Shown here one piece after another: positions 46,514-56,590 of a DNA stretch of 64,000 bases. The stretch comes from Oscillospiraceae bacterium (GTDB taxonomy: Bacteria > Bacillota > Clostridia > Oscillospirales > SIG627). The notes under the pieces were generated by a model. It did no database searches and was not told the origin of the DNA. It saw only the letters and a program-made list of their open reading frames with translations. Made by a program: the position numbers and the translations under genes. Where the stretch lies: NCBI GenBank assembly GCA_034925865.1, contig JAYFRN010000004.1:3976-67975 (forward strand), written 5' to 3'. Every line of letters starts with the position of its first letter. The first letter of the stretch is position 1.

Positions 46514-49042
46514 ATGACAGACAACAAACAGAATATGACGGGGCTCACAACAGCCCAAGCGAAAGGATTACAGGACAAGTACGGCAAAAACGAATTGACA
46601 CAGCAAAAAAATGAAAGCTTTATAAAAAAAGTGTTTCATATTGTTTGCGAGCCAATGTTTTTGTTGTTAATTATTGCCGCGGTTATTTATTTTTTACTAG
46701 GAGAACCGAGAGACGGCGCAATAATGCTTGTTTTTGTAGTCGGTATTATCAGTATTGATGTAATTCAAGAATGGAAAACCGATAAAACACTAAACGCGCT
46801 GAAAGATTTATCTGCTCCGCATGTTGAGGTGATTCGCGATGGAAAACAACAGATCATCGCAAGCATTGATCTTGTTCCGGGCGATTTTATGTTTATATGC
46901 GAAGGTGTAAAAATTCCTGCGGACGGTTCAATTATTAAATGCAGCGATCTTTGTGTAGATGAGTCTTCTTTGACAGGCGAGGCAGAAGGTGTATGGAAAA
47001 CTGACACTGAACACACACAGCCAACAAAAGATTATTGGAAAAAGGATTATTGTTATGCCGGTACGCTTGTTACGCAGGGAACGGCAATTGTTTTGGTGGA
47101 TAAAATCGGTTCACTGACCGAATATGGTAAAATAGGAGCCAATATTTCATCTGCTCCGGATGAAAAAACCCCGCTTCAGAAACAAACGGGCAGCCTTGTC
47201 AAGCTGTGCGCAGGGATTGCGGCTGTGCTTTTTGCGCTTGTTGGTTTGATAACATATTTAAATATTCCTGATCATAAAATCAACGATCGTATAATCGAAA
47301 GCATTTTATCTGGAATTACTCTTGCAATGGCTATGATTCCGGAAGAATTTCCTGTAATTCTCACTGTGTTTCTATCCATGGGCGCATGGCGTTTGGCTAA
47401 AAAGAAATCACTTGTCCGCAAACTGCCATCTGTCGAGACACTCGGGGCGGTTTCCGTGCTTTGTGTCGATAAAACCGGAACAATAACCATGAATCAGATG
47501 AAGGTTCAAAAAACCTGGGCTTTGAACGGCGATGATCACACACTGCTTGAGACTATGGCATTGGGATGTGAGGTTGACGCTTATGACCCGATGGAAAAAG
47601 CAATGCTTTCTTATTGCTCTGAGAAAGGTATTATTGAAGAAAAGCTTTTTTCAGGTGATCTCATTACGGAATATGCATTTACAAACGAGCTGAAGATGAT
47701 GGGGCACGTCTGGCGCCGAAACGATGAAATTATTATCGCTGCAAAAGGATCTCCGGAACATATATTGACTCTATGTAATAATGCTGACATAGACTTAAAT
47801 ATTATACAAGAAAGAATCACGCAGATGTCTGCCGAGGGATTGCGCGTAATTGCGGTTGCTGAAGCAAATCCGGAATCGGAAGCTGAAATACCCGAAAATA
47901 TCACGAAATGCCATCTCACACTGCTCGGTTTAATCGGACTCGCAGATCCGCCAAGAGAAGGTGTAAAGAATGACATAGAAACCTGCAACAAAGCCGGGAT
48001 ACGCGTGGTAATGATCACCGGAGATAATGGTATTACAGCGTCTGCAATCGCCAGGAAAGTCGGTATGAAAAATTGTGAAAGCATTATAACCGGAGATATG
48101 CTTGACAATATGAGCGATGAAGAGCTGCGTGAGAAAGTCAAATCTGTCAGCATTTTTTCTCGGGTTATACCGGAACACAAAATGCGTATTGTGAAAGCTT
48201 TCAAAGGAAACGGTGAAATTGTCGCCATGACCGGTGACGGTGTCAACGATGCGCCGGCTTTAAAATATGCAGATATAGGCATTGCCATGGGTAAACGCGG
48301 CAGCGAGGTATCACGAGAAGCAGCTGATCTTATCCTGATGGATGATAATTTCAACACTATTGTTGAAACGGTGAAAGACGGAAGAAGAATTTATGATAAT
48401 ATTCGAAAAGCAGTAGGATATGTATTTTCAATTCACATTCCAATTGCGTTGGCTTCGCTGCTTGCTCCGTTTTTGGGAATAACTCCTTCTGCGCTGCTTT
48501 TGCTTCCGCTTCATGTTGTTTTACTTGAGTTGATCATTGACCCTACATGCTCCGTCGTTTTAGAACGTCAGCCGGCGGAAACCGACATTATGGAAAGATC
48601 TCCTCGTAATCCAAAGCAAAAGCTTATAAACACAGCCATATTGATGAAGAGCCTTCTACAGGGAATTATTATGTTTACCGCGTCTTTTTGTACGTATTAT
48701 TATATGCTCAACCAGGATTCCAATGCGATAGTTGCCCGTTCTATGGGATTGACAATAATTATTATGTCTAACCTGTTTCTTGTGCTGGTCAACAGCTCCG
48801 ACCGCGATTTTATATTTCATTCTGTCTCACGTTTGGTTAAAGACAAAGTTATGTGGCTTGCTTTTTCAGGAACAATTATAATACTGACAGTGATTTTATA
48901 TTCGCCGCTGAATATATTCCTGAAGCTTGCGCCGCTAAGTGCCGGGCAGCTTCTTATTTCCATAGGTATTGCGGCGGCAGCGGTTTTATGGTATGAACTT
49001 GTTAAGCTTGCGAAAAAAATTGCAAAACATATAAGCGCATAA
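46514..49042 (+). CDS. P-type cation-transporting ATPase (P2/Ca2+-ATPase-like)
   Basis: DKTGTIT phosphorylation motif, TGDGVNDAPALK hinge, and 10 predicted TM helices. Start at ATG 46514 after GGAGG. Confidence 0.85.
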   Translation: MTDNKQNMTGLTTAQAKGLQDKYGKNELTQQKNESFIKKVFHIVCEPMFLLLIIAAVIYFLLGEPRDGAIMLVFVVGIISIDVIQEWKTDKTLNALKDLSAPHVEVIRDGKQQIIASIDLVPGDFMFICEGVKIPADGSIIKCSDLCVDESSLTGEAEGVWKTDTEHTQPTKDYWKKDYCYAGTLVTQGTAIVLVDKIGSLTEYGKIGANISSAPDEKTPLQKQTGSLVKLCAGIAAVLFALVGLITYLNIPDHKINDRIIESILSGITLAMAMIPEEFPVILTVFLSMGAWRLAKKKSLVRKLPSVETLGAVSVLCVDKTGTITMNQMKVQKTWALNGDDHTLLETMALGCEVDAYDPMEKAMLSYCSEKGIIEEKLFSGDLITEYAFTNELKMMGHVWRRNDEIIIAAKGSPEHILTLCNNADIDLNIIQERITQMSAEGLRVIAVAEANPESEAEIPENITKCHLTLLGLIGLADPPREGVKNDIETCNKAGIRVVMITGDNGITASAIARKVGMKNCESIITGDMLDNMSDEELREKVKSVSIFSRVIPEHKMRIVKAFKGNGEIVAMTGDGVNDAPALKYADIGIAMGKRGSEVSREAADLILMDDNFNTIVETVKDGRRIYDNIRKAVGYVFSIHIPIALASLLAPFLGITPSALLLLPLHVVLLELIIDPTCSVVLERQPAETDIMERSPRNPKQKLINTAILMKSLLQGIIMFTASFCTYYYMLNQDSNAIVARSMGLTIIIMSNLFLVLVNSSDRDFIFHSVSRLVKDKVMWLAFSGTIIILTVILYSPLNIFLKLAPLSAGQLLISIGIAAAAVLWYELVKLAKKIAKHISA

Positions 49043-49102
49043 TTGGTGATTTGGTAAAATATTTACAACTCAACGTTTAATTAAGGCATTGAATGTTAAA
49101 AA

Positions 49103-49139
49103 TCAGTATACTGAGTTATTACTCGGCATACTGATTTTT
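49103..49139 (+). terminator. Intrinsic terminator after the ATPase gene
   Basis: TCAGTATACTGAG/CTCGGCATACTGA stem followed by TTTTT. Confidence 0.65.
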
Positions 49140-49355
49140 GGTTCTTGGCATACTTATTTATATCAGGAAGGAGGATACTCTTTTTGTGTCAAAATTTTTG
49201 TATTTTCTTATAGCTCCGAAAAAATGAATTGAGTATTATGATCTTCTGTTCATGATCATGCTCAGAAAAGCGGCTAAACCAAAGCTTCTTGTATTTCTAA
49301 TAATTTGCTCAGCAGAATTATAATTGTAATATTTATTCAGGAGGATAAAAATATA

Positions 49356-49694
49356 ATGTTATTCGGCAAGAAAAAAATAAAGACAAAATGTTGCTGTGAG
49401 GGCTCCTGCGGAGCGGAGGAAAGTAAAACAGAGGGAAAAAGTAAAGCGGTGGTTGGTGAAAAAATTATAATACTTGGATCAGTGTGCGCAAAATGCAATC
49501 AACTTGAAGCAAATACCAAGGAAGCGCTTACGCTTCTCGGTATTTCAGATGAAATTGAACATGTAACCGATTTTGCGCAGATAGCTTCATGCGGAGTCAT
49601 GTTTACCCCGGCTTTAATGATGGGAGAAAAGGTGATCTCATCCGGCAGAGTATTGAAAGCAGAGGAAATAATCGAGTTATTAAAAAAGCAATAA
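49356..49694 (+). CDS. Thioredoxin-fold protein (redox-active disulfide protein 2-like) with a Cys-rich N-terminal extension
   Basis: CAGGAGGA SD. Core ILGSVCAKC...GVMFTPALMMGEKV. N-terminal KCCCEGSCG. Confidence 0.65.
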   Translation: MLFGKKKIKTKCCCEGSCGAEESKTEGKSKAVVGEKIIILGSVCAKCNQLEANTKEALTLLGISDEIEHVTDFAQIASCGVMFTPALMMGEKVISSGRVLKAEEIIELLKKQ

Positions 49695-50187
49695 TAAGAT
49701 AATTAACAATATTGCATATATAAAAATGGCTTCCCGCAATCATTTAACTAGGCAATTAATTATAGCTAAACAGGAAAAAGGCTTTAGTAAATGAACTTTA
49801 TTCTCTTATAAAACAAGGTTTATATAATGTCTGCTGAACAATCATGAAACACATACGACAGTAAGGAAAAGATGAAAACAATGATTGTTCAGGTGCAAGG
49901 TTTTTAAGCTTTACAGCTCAAAAGCCTTGCACCTTTAAATTGGTCGACTCCCGACCAATTTAGAAAACAGGCGGCAATCAATGAATGCTGAACTCCAAAA
50001 TCAATGATTTTGGAGAGTTTTGGCTGGTTTTTCAACTGCCAAAACCTATGCCGTTCGAAAACGGTATTATTCAGTAGACATTATTTAAATACCGTTTTAA
50101 TAAAAGATGGGAAGTCGTTTTTATATAATGCTTGCCGATAATTATATATCGTAAAGGTAAAAAATTAATTGTCAGTTTTTGTTCTCG

Positions 50188-50856
50188 TCATTTTGACAGC
50201 TGATCAAGAGTGCTGTTTATTTTATCCATCAAAGTCTTTAAGTACTTTATTTCTGACAGCTTTTTTTCTTCGGCAAGCGAATAATCGGCTTTTATCTTGG
50301 CAATTTCAATTTTCCTGGAGTGTTCGGATTCGCTGAGCTTTTGCTGAAGAGTATAAACAGAGCGTTCAAGCTCGCTCGTTTTTGCTTCAATTGCGAATTT
50401 CATTTCATTGTATTCATCGGCTGCAGTTTTCAGTTGATCGTTCTGAGCAATTAACTTGGCGTTTTCAGCTTCAAGCGTTTCATATTCGTCAATGCGTTCC
50501 GTTAGCCGCTTGTTTTCGCTTTTTATTCCGGAAATATTTTCTTTTTCATTGTTTAGAGATTTGAAATCATTTGACAATTTGTCAAATGATTCTTTTTGTG
50601 CAGCTAGTTCTTTCTTCAGAGATTCCACTTCATGAGAACTCATGATACTGCTGACCCTCATCTGTTCTATTTTATCTTCGTAAGAAGATACGGAGGCTTC
50701 GAATTTACGTTCGCTGTCAGTGACGTAATCGTCGACCTCCTTTTTACTGTATCCATTTATTACCGTCCTGAATTTTTTAGGTTCAGATTTTATTATAGAC
50801 GAAGATGATTTGTTGTCGATATTATCTACATCGGTATTTGACAAGAAAAGAGCCAT
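50188..50856 (-). CDS. DivIVA-domain coiled-coil protein
   Basis: The FRTVINGYSKKEVDDYV motif is followed by ~150 aa of heptad-like E/K/L-rich sequence. AGGAGGA SD. Confidence 0.6.
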   Translation of the reverse strand: MALFLSNTDVDNIDNKSSSSIIKSEPKKFRTVINGYSKKEVDDYVTDSERKFEASVSSYEDKIEQMRVSSIMSSHEVESLKKELAAQKESFDKLSNDFKSLNNEKENISGIKSENKRLTERIDEYETLEAENAKLIAQNDQLKTAADEYNEMKFAIEAKTSELERSVYTLQQKLSESEHSRKIEIAKIKADYSLAEEKKLSEIKYLKTLMDKINSTLDQLSK

Positions 50857-50873
50857 TGTGATCCTCCTGAAAT

Positions 50874-51248
50874 TTAATGTTTTGTACCAATTTTTACTGC
50901 AGGTATAGTAAGATAGTCTCCCTTTTTAAGTCCCCGGCTTGCAGCGGCTCCTGGTGAAAGCTCCAGCACATGATCCGCTCCTTTTATCATGGGCGATACC
51001 TTGCCGGCCTGCATAGAAGAAATGATATCGATGATTTCGCCATCGGATGACAAGAACAAGACATCAATAGGATATTGCATACCGAGCGTATGAATTTTAT
51101 TGCATGGTGATATCAGCATACCTCCGTGCGATGCAAGACTTTCTGTTTTTAAAAGTCCGACAAGCCTTTTTATAAACGTATTTGCTATTTTTACGTTTTT
51201 AAAAAGTATGACCGGTCCAACATATACTTCGCATTCGGAATATTTCAA
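50874..51248 (-). CDS. DUF192-like protein
   Basis: RLVGLL....GMLISPCNKIHTLGMQYPIDVLFL pattern. The start was moved to the second TTG for SD spacing. Confidence 0.55.
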   Translation of the reverse strand: MKYSECEVYVGPVILFKNVKIANTFIKRLVGLLKTESLASHGGMLISPCNKIHTLGMQYPIDVLFLSSDGEIIDIISSMQAGKVSPMIKGADHVLELSPGAAASRGLKKGDYLTIPAVKIGTKH

Positions 51249-51314
51249 AATCAAAGCCTCCTATTGCTTCACCTTGTTTTTTTAGAATGTAAAATCATAT
51301 ATAATGTTATAACT

Positions 51315-52250
51315 TCAAGTGAATTCTTCCATCAGCTGTATTGCGACCGGAGCTAAAAGAATGATAAAAAGAACTGGCAATATAAACATAACCATCGGTA
51401 TAATCATTTTAACAGGTGCCTTCATGCCTTTTTCCTGAGCACGCTGCTTTCTGGCGGTGCGCATTGATAAAGATTGTGTTTTTAATACATTCTTTATCGG
51501 TATTCCAAGCTGTTCGGCCTGTATTATTGCCGAAGCAAATGTCTTTAACTCTTGAACATCCGCGCATTCTCCAAAATCCTGATATGCTTTTTTTCTCTGT
51601 TTTCCCATCTGTATTTCTCTGCAAAGAAGTAAAAATTCGTCTATCAGAGGTCCGCTCATTTTTTCGGATATTCTCATTATCGATTCGTCCAGGCCTAGAC
51701 CGGCTTCAACGCTTACCATCAGAATATCCATGACTTCAGGGAGTTGTTTTTGAATGGAGTTTTTTCGCGCGGTCGTTCGCTGACGTACATACAATGTCGG
51801 AGCCATAACTGCAATGAGAAGTCCGACAAGAATAGCAAGCAACCTGAAATTAGGCTCTTGGAAGAATATTAAAGAAAATAACATAGTCAATATAAATACA
51901 ATACCGATAAAAAACAGTTTTATAGTATTGAATTCTGTAATCTCGGCGCGTATTCCCGCCTGCCGCAGCATTTTTATGAACTTTTCTGTTTCGGCAGTAT
52001 TGTCTTTTTTCTGCTTTTTTGAAGCAGTTGACAGAATTGACAGCTTTTTTTCAATTCCGTCAATGAAGGGTTTTATAAATCGTTGATAAAAGGTTTTTTC
52101 AAATATCTCATACATTTCGACATGCTCGGAGGCATTTGTTTGTGCTTTCAATCTGCGCTCTTTGATATCGGCTTCTTTTCCTCCGTTATAAAAAAGAGTG
52201 ATGATTATAAAAAACATAAACAATCCGAAGCTGACGCACATCCAGACCAT
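51315..52250 (-). CDS. tadC: Type II secretion system F-family platform protein (TadC-like)
   Basis: T2SSF domain pattern, N-terminal TM helix plus a C-terminal TM pair, and position after tadB. Confidence 0.8.
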   Translation of the reverse strand: MVWMCVSFGLFMFFIIITLFYNGGKEADIKERRLKAQTNASEHVEMYEIFEKTFYQRFIKPFIDGIEKKLSILSTASKKQKKDNTAETEKFIKMLRQAGIRAEITEFNTIKLFFIGIVFILTMLFSLIFFQEPNFRLLAILVGLLIAVMAPTLYVRQRTTARKNSIQKQLPEVMDILMVSVEAGLGLDESIMRISEKMSGPLIDEFLLLCREIQMGKQRKKAYQDFGECADVQELKTFASAIIQAEQLGIPIKNVLKTQSLSMRTARKQRAQEKGMKAPVKMIIPMVMFILPVLFIILLAPVAIQLMEEFT

Positions 52251-52343
52251 GGATATTTCCTCCTTTGATGCTTAATGGGTCTATATACAAACTTTAATAA
52301 ATCGTTGGGAGCTATGCGTTTCGGCATTAGTTCGGTAAGGTTT

Positions 52344-53315
52344 TCAATATTCGATATTCGATATCTTCGATATGAAAAGGAATCCGATTATTTCCAAAAA
52401 AACGCTGAGCGATAAAAGGCTGATGCCAAGTGTGGTGTTAAACAAAACTGACATATAATCCGGATTTGTAATCATCAGAATAAGCGATATTCCTATTGGC
52501 AGCAATCCGACTATCAAACCGGAAATACGTCCGGTTGCGGTAAGGGTCTTTATTTCGCTTTTAATTTTAATGCGATCGATGATTGTTGAAGAAATATTAT
52601 CCAGTATTACAGAAAGGTTGCCTCCGACCTGGCGTTGAATCAAGATGGCAGATACCATAAGGTCGAGGTCCTGATTTCCGATTCTTTCCGCGAGAGCGCT
52701 TAATGAATGCTCAAGATTGCTTCCGAATTTTATTTCACGGAGTACACGTGAAAATTCAAGAGCTATGGGATCAGGCATTTCATTGGATATACTTTCAAGA
52801 GACTGCTGGAAAGTAAGACCTGATCGCAGGCAATTGCTGATTATTATAAGGCTGTCTCCGAGCTGTGTGTTGAAAAGCGCGAGACGTTTGTTTGTTTTGT
52901 ATTTAACATATAAAATCGGAGCACAGAAAGCAATAATTGCGACAGCTGCTGTTACAATAATATTGCGTGATATCATATATCCCAAAAGTGTTGGAATTAT
53001 AAATATAAAAACCCATATTGTTAAAAACTCGTCTGCTTTCAGCATTAATCCCGCCAAAGCAAGCCTGGAAGTGATAGCATCAAGAAGCTTCGTATCCCCC
53101 ATTTTAGAAAATAATATAGAATTATTATTTTTTTTACGCTTTGAAAGCTCGAGCTTTTTCTCCTGTTTTACAAAAATTTTTCCGAGTCTTTTTTGCAGAG
53201 TCAAATTTTTTTTATTCAGTTGGTAAAAAAACATGACAGTAATTAAATATAAGAAAAGAGAAACAAAAACCGACATAAAGAGCGCCGGAAGTGAAAAATT
53301 ACTGAAACCATTCAT
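52344..53315 (-). CDS. tadB: Type II secretion system F-family platform protein (TadB-like)
   Basis: T2SSF domain pattern. Overlaps the end of tadA. Confidence 0.8.
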   Translation of the reverse strand: MNGFSNFSLPALFMSVFVSLFLYLITVMFFYQLNKKNLTLQKRLGKIFVKQEKKLELSKRKKNNNSILFSKMGDTKLLDAITSRLALAGLMLKADEFLTIWVFIFIIPTLLGYMISRNIIVTAAVAIIAFCAPILYVKYKTNKRLALFNTQLGDSLIIISNCLRSGLTFQQSLESISNEMPDPIALEFSRVLREIKFGSNLEHSLSALAERIGNQDLDLMVSAILIQRQVGGNLSVILDNISSTIIDRIKIKSEIKTLTATGRISGLIVGLLPIGISLILMITNPDYMSVLFNTTLGISLLSLSVFLEIIGFLFISKISNIEY

Positions 53316-54648
53316 CGTTCACAGCCACCCCGTTTTCTCTGATTTTATCAAGACACAATGGTTTTATACCTGTGCTTTGAAACATACCCTTGAATTTACC
53401 GTTACTGTCAAGCTGACCGAGAGTTTTATAATTGAATATTTCCTGCATTAATATAGTGTCGCCTTCCATTCCGCATACCTCTGAAACGCTTACTATTTTT
53501 CTTGTTCCATCGCGCATACGGCTTTGTTGAACTATAATATCGATGGCGGCGGCTATCTGCTCGCGTATTGCCCGCAGTGGTAAATCCATACCGCTCATTA
53601 AAACCATTGTTTCGATACGGGCGATCGTATCACGCGGGGAATTGGCATGAGTCGTTGTAAGGGATCCGTCATGGCCTGTATTCATTGCCTGAAGCATATC
53701 AAGCGCTTCACCGGAACGAACTTCGCCGACAATTATGCGGTCGGGACGCATACGCAATGCGTTTTTAACAAGATCTCTTATAGAAATGCTGCCATGTCCT
53801 TCAAGATTAGCCGGACGCGCTTCAAGAGTTACGACATGCTGCTGAACAAGCTGAAGCTCTGCTGCGTCTTCGATAGTCACTATGCGTTCATTCTCGGGAA
53901 TAAATGAGCTGAGTACATTTAAAAGGGTAGTTTTTCCGCTTCCGGTGCCGCCTGAAACGATTATATTCATTCTGCCTTTGACGGCAGCTTCTAGAAATGA
54001 CATTATTGTACGGGTAACAGATCCGAATTCTATGAGTTTTTCAGCGGTGAAGGGCTTTTTTGAGAATTTACGTATGGTTATAACAGGTCCGACAAGAGAA
54101 ATCGGAGGGATGACAGCGTTCACGCGGCTTCCGTCGGCAAGACGTGCGTCAACCATAGGGCTTGCTTCATCGATGTGGCGCCCTATAGAGGATACTATTC
54201 TGTCGATGATGTTCATCACATGCTCGTCGTCGCGAAAGGTCAGCTCGGAAAGCTTTATTTTGCCGCTCTGCTCGTAAAAAACGTGATGAGGGCCGTTTAC
54301 CATTATTTCGGTAACGTTCGGATCTGATAGAAGCTCCTCGATCGGTCCATAACCCATTGTGTCGTTATAAAGCTCGGTTGCAATTTTATTCCGCTCTATA
54401 CGTGTCAACGAGCTTGCTTCGCGCTCAAGTATATCGGAGATTACCTTTTTTACATATTCCTCCGTTAGGTTAAGATTTCCCTGACGGTTGAGCTCGTAAA
54501 TGACATGTGTATGAGCATTCTTTTTAATAGCCAGAAATTCGTCGTCGCGTTTTTTGTTATTTTCGTTATCCGCCTGCTTTTGAACGGAAATACTATGCTC
54601 ACCGGAAGATACGGACGAAGAAGAATTCATCCTGTCCAATAAACCCAT
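53299..54648 (-). CDS. tadA: CpaF/TadA-family secretion ATPase
   Basis: Walker A GGTGSGKTT, Asp box, and Walker B IIVGEVR. His box TGHDGSLTTTHAN. Confidence 0.9.
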   Translation of the reverse strand: MGLLDRMNSSSSVSSGEHSISVQKQADNENNKKRDDEFLAIKKNAHTHVIYELNRQGNLNLTEEYVKKVISDILEREASSLTRIERNKIATELYNDTMGYGPIEELLSDPNVTEIMVNGPHHVFYEQSGKIKLSELTFRDDEHVMNIIDRIVSSIGRHIDEASPMVDARLADGSRVNAVIPPISLVGPVITIRKFSKKPFTAEKLIEFGSVTRTIMSFLEAAVKGRMNIIVSGGTGSGKTTLLNVLSSFIPENERIVTIEDAAELQLVQQHVVTLEARPANLEGHGSISIRDLVKNALRMRPDRIIVGEVRSGEALDMLQAMNTGHDGSLTTTHANSPRDTIARIETMVLMSGMDLPLRAIREQIAAAIDIIVQQSRMRDGTRKIVSVSEVCGMEGDTILMQEIFNYKTLGQLDSNGKFKGMFQSTGIKPLCLDKIRENGVAVNDEWFQ

Positions 54649-54715
54649 AATTGTTTACTTGCCTTTCAAAGCTTCTGTTTGTTTGCGTTTATATAACTCG
54701 GCATTTTAATAATGA

Positions 54716-55867
54716 TTAAACGGACTTGATAATTTTATCATATACAGCCGCTATATCCAAAGCAATTTTTGATCTCGGTGCGTCTAGCACTATTGGGACG
54801 CCTTTTGCTATGCTTAAAGCGAGGCGGTGCTCGTCTTCGCGTATAGTTCCGAGAATCGGCATTGAAATGTTAGTTTCAAAATCCTTTTTCTTTAATGTTC
54901 CCGTGCCGAATCTATTGATAATCATTTTGAATTTATCTGCCTGCTGCAAACTTGACATAATTTTATAAGTTTGGTGAAGATCCTTTATACTTGTTATATC
55001 CGGCGTCGTCACATATATGACCATATCAGAATTTTCAATAATGTTTAACGCCACATTTCCTATAGAAGAGCCGAGATCGATAATTATATAATCATAATAA
55101 GGTCTCAATATACTGATCAGCTTTTCCATATGTACATCCGTAATATACTCCGCCATTTCAGGACTTTTCGGAGCAGGGAGAATATTAAGTCCGCAACTGT
55201 GAAGCACAGTGAAGCTGTTTATCGTGTCTATGGTAAAATTCGAAGCTTCCTGAACAAGCTCGCTTATCGTATCCTTTACCGATAGATCAAGAAACAATGA
55301 AATATCGCCGAATTGAAAGTCTGCGTCAATTATAAGAGTTTTTTTCTTTTTTTGGACGAAGCATACGCTGAGATTCACAGCAGTTGTGGTTTTGCCGCAT
55401 CCGCCTTTTGCTGAAAAAATTGATATTATTTTAGCGTTTGTTACACGCCGCTGTTCTTCAGTAAGCCTTTTCTTTTCAACAGCTGAAAGATTTATTACAC
55501 TGTCGAGAGTTTCTTCTTTTTTTACACAGGGAGGAAGAATCATATGAAATCCGCTTTGCATATTTGTTTTCAAATATTCGGTATCGCTTTTTTTACTGAT
55601 GAGGATCAAAAGTGTCCCGGGCATTGACACATATATGCGTTTTGCAAGCTCTCGTGTCAGAATATTATTTGGAGCTGTTTCATCAGACTCAGGGTTTTCA
55701 TCAAAAAATACTACAATATCCGGGTATATCCCTACAATCTTTATAAATGAGTCTTGTTTTGCTTCAACATATGCGGATATGGCAAGACGTTCGTCATCAA
55801 AAAGTCTTTTTGCGATTATTCTGTTGTCTGTATCGTTTGCGATTACAATTATTTTTAATCTGTCCAT
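54716..55867 (-). CDS. tadZ: TadZ/CpaE-like ParA/MinD-type ATPase with an N-terminal receiver-like domain
   Basis: Deviant Walker A SAKGGCGKTT and its position between cpaB and tadA. Confidence 0.75.
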   Translation of the reverse strand: MDRLKIIVIANDTDNRIIAKRLFDDERLAISAYVEAKQDSFIKIVGIYPDIVVFFDENPESDETAPNNILTRELAKRIYVSMPGTLLILISKKSDTEYLKTNMQSGFHMILPPCVKKEETLDSVINLSAVEKKRLTEEQRRVTNAKIISIFSAKGGCGKTTTAVNLSVCFVQKKKKTLIIDADFQFGDISLFLDLSVKDTISELVQEASNFTIDTINSFTVLHSCGLNILPAPKSPEMAEYITDVHMEKLISILRPYYDYIIIDLGSSIGNVALNIIENSDMVIYVTTPDITSIKDLHQTYKIMSSLQQADKFKMIINRFGTGTLKKKDFETNISMPILGTIREDEHRLALSIAKGVPIVLDAPRSKIALDIAAVYDKIIKSV

Positions 55868-55911
55868 TATTAACCATGCCTGTCATCCGTATATATTGTC
55901 TGTTTGTGGTT

Positions 55912-56577
55912 TTATGATGCCTTTTCCGTATTCTTATCAAAAGATGGCTCAAGGATTGCCCGCAGGGAACCGATAGAGGAATTATATATAATATCAATAG
56001 CCTGCTTTTCCGAAACCGACATCGTTATACATTGATATGTGTCTTGTCCTGATGAACTGCTTAACCCGAGCCTGATTACTTCTATATCACGGGCTATTAT
56101 AACTGCTTCGTTTTTGTCCGGTTGATCTTCAATAGGTTTTAATACTACGAGATTTATTCTATCGCCTACTCTGATATAGCCCGCAATGCCGGATGTAGTG
56201 CCGACTTCAAGCGTCATTGCATATTTGTCCGCGTCAAGCTCTATGGAAAGACGACCTACGTTTTTATCACCCTGTGCTGCGGTTTGGGAAAGAATGAGCT
56301 GTTCTCCCGGTACAAACGGAGCGAGGGTAAGCCTGCCGATGAGTTCTGCCGTGGTTGAGCAGGAGCCTGTAACGACCGCTTCTTTTGGTATGCTGATAAC
56401 CTTGATCATTTCGTCGGTTATTATAGTATTGAATGGTATTTTTTTTGCCGCGACGACCGTGCTTATACGCTGTATATCTTCCGGCTTGCTCAATTCTTCC
56501 AGATTAATGGAAAATTTGTATATCAATACAGATGTTAGAATAGCTAAAAACGCAGCGATTATATATACTTTCTTCAT
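55912..56577 (-). CDS. cpaB: Flp pilus assembly protein CpaB/RcpC-like (SAF domain)
   Basis: N-terminal TM helix followed by the VVAAKKIPFNTIITDEMI SAF-like segment. Start at the ATG after AAGGATGA. Confidence 0.75.
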   Translation of the reverse strand: MKKVYIIAAFLAILTSVLIYKFSINLEELSKPEDIQRISTVVAAKKIPFNTIITDEMIKVISIPKEAVVTGSCSTTAELIGRLTLAPFVPGEQLILSQTAAQGDKNVGRLSIELDADKYAMTLEVGTTSGIAGYIRVGDRINLVVLKPIEDQPDKNEAVIIARDIEVIRLGLSSSSGQDTYQCITMSVSEKQAIDIIYNSSIGSLRAILEPSFDKNTEKAS

Positions 56578-56590
56578 TTTAAAATCATCC

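Noticed and set aside
47611-48357. 248-aa minus-strand ORF
   Set aside because: It is entirely antisense to the strongly supported P-type ATPase gene. It has low-complexity S/I/P-rich translation, no SD and no recognisable motif. It is a typical shadow ORF.
52717-53226. 169-aa plus-strand ORF
   Set aside because: It is antisense to tadB and is a shadow ORF.
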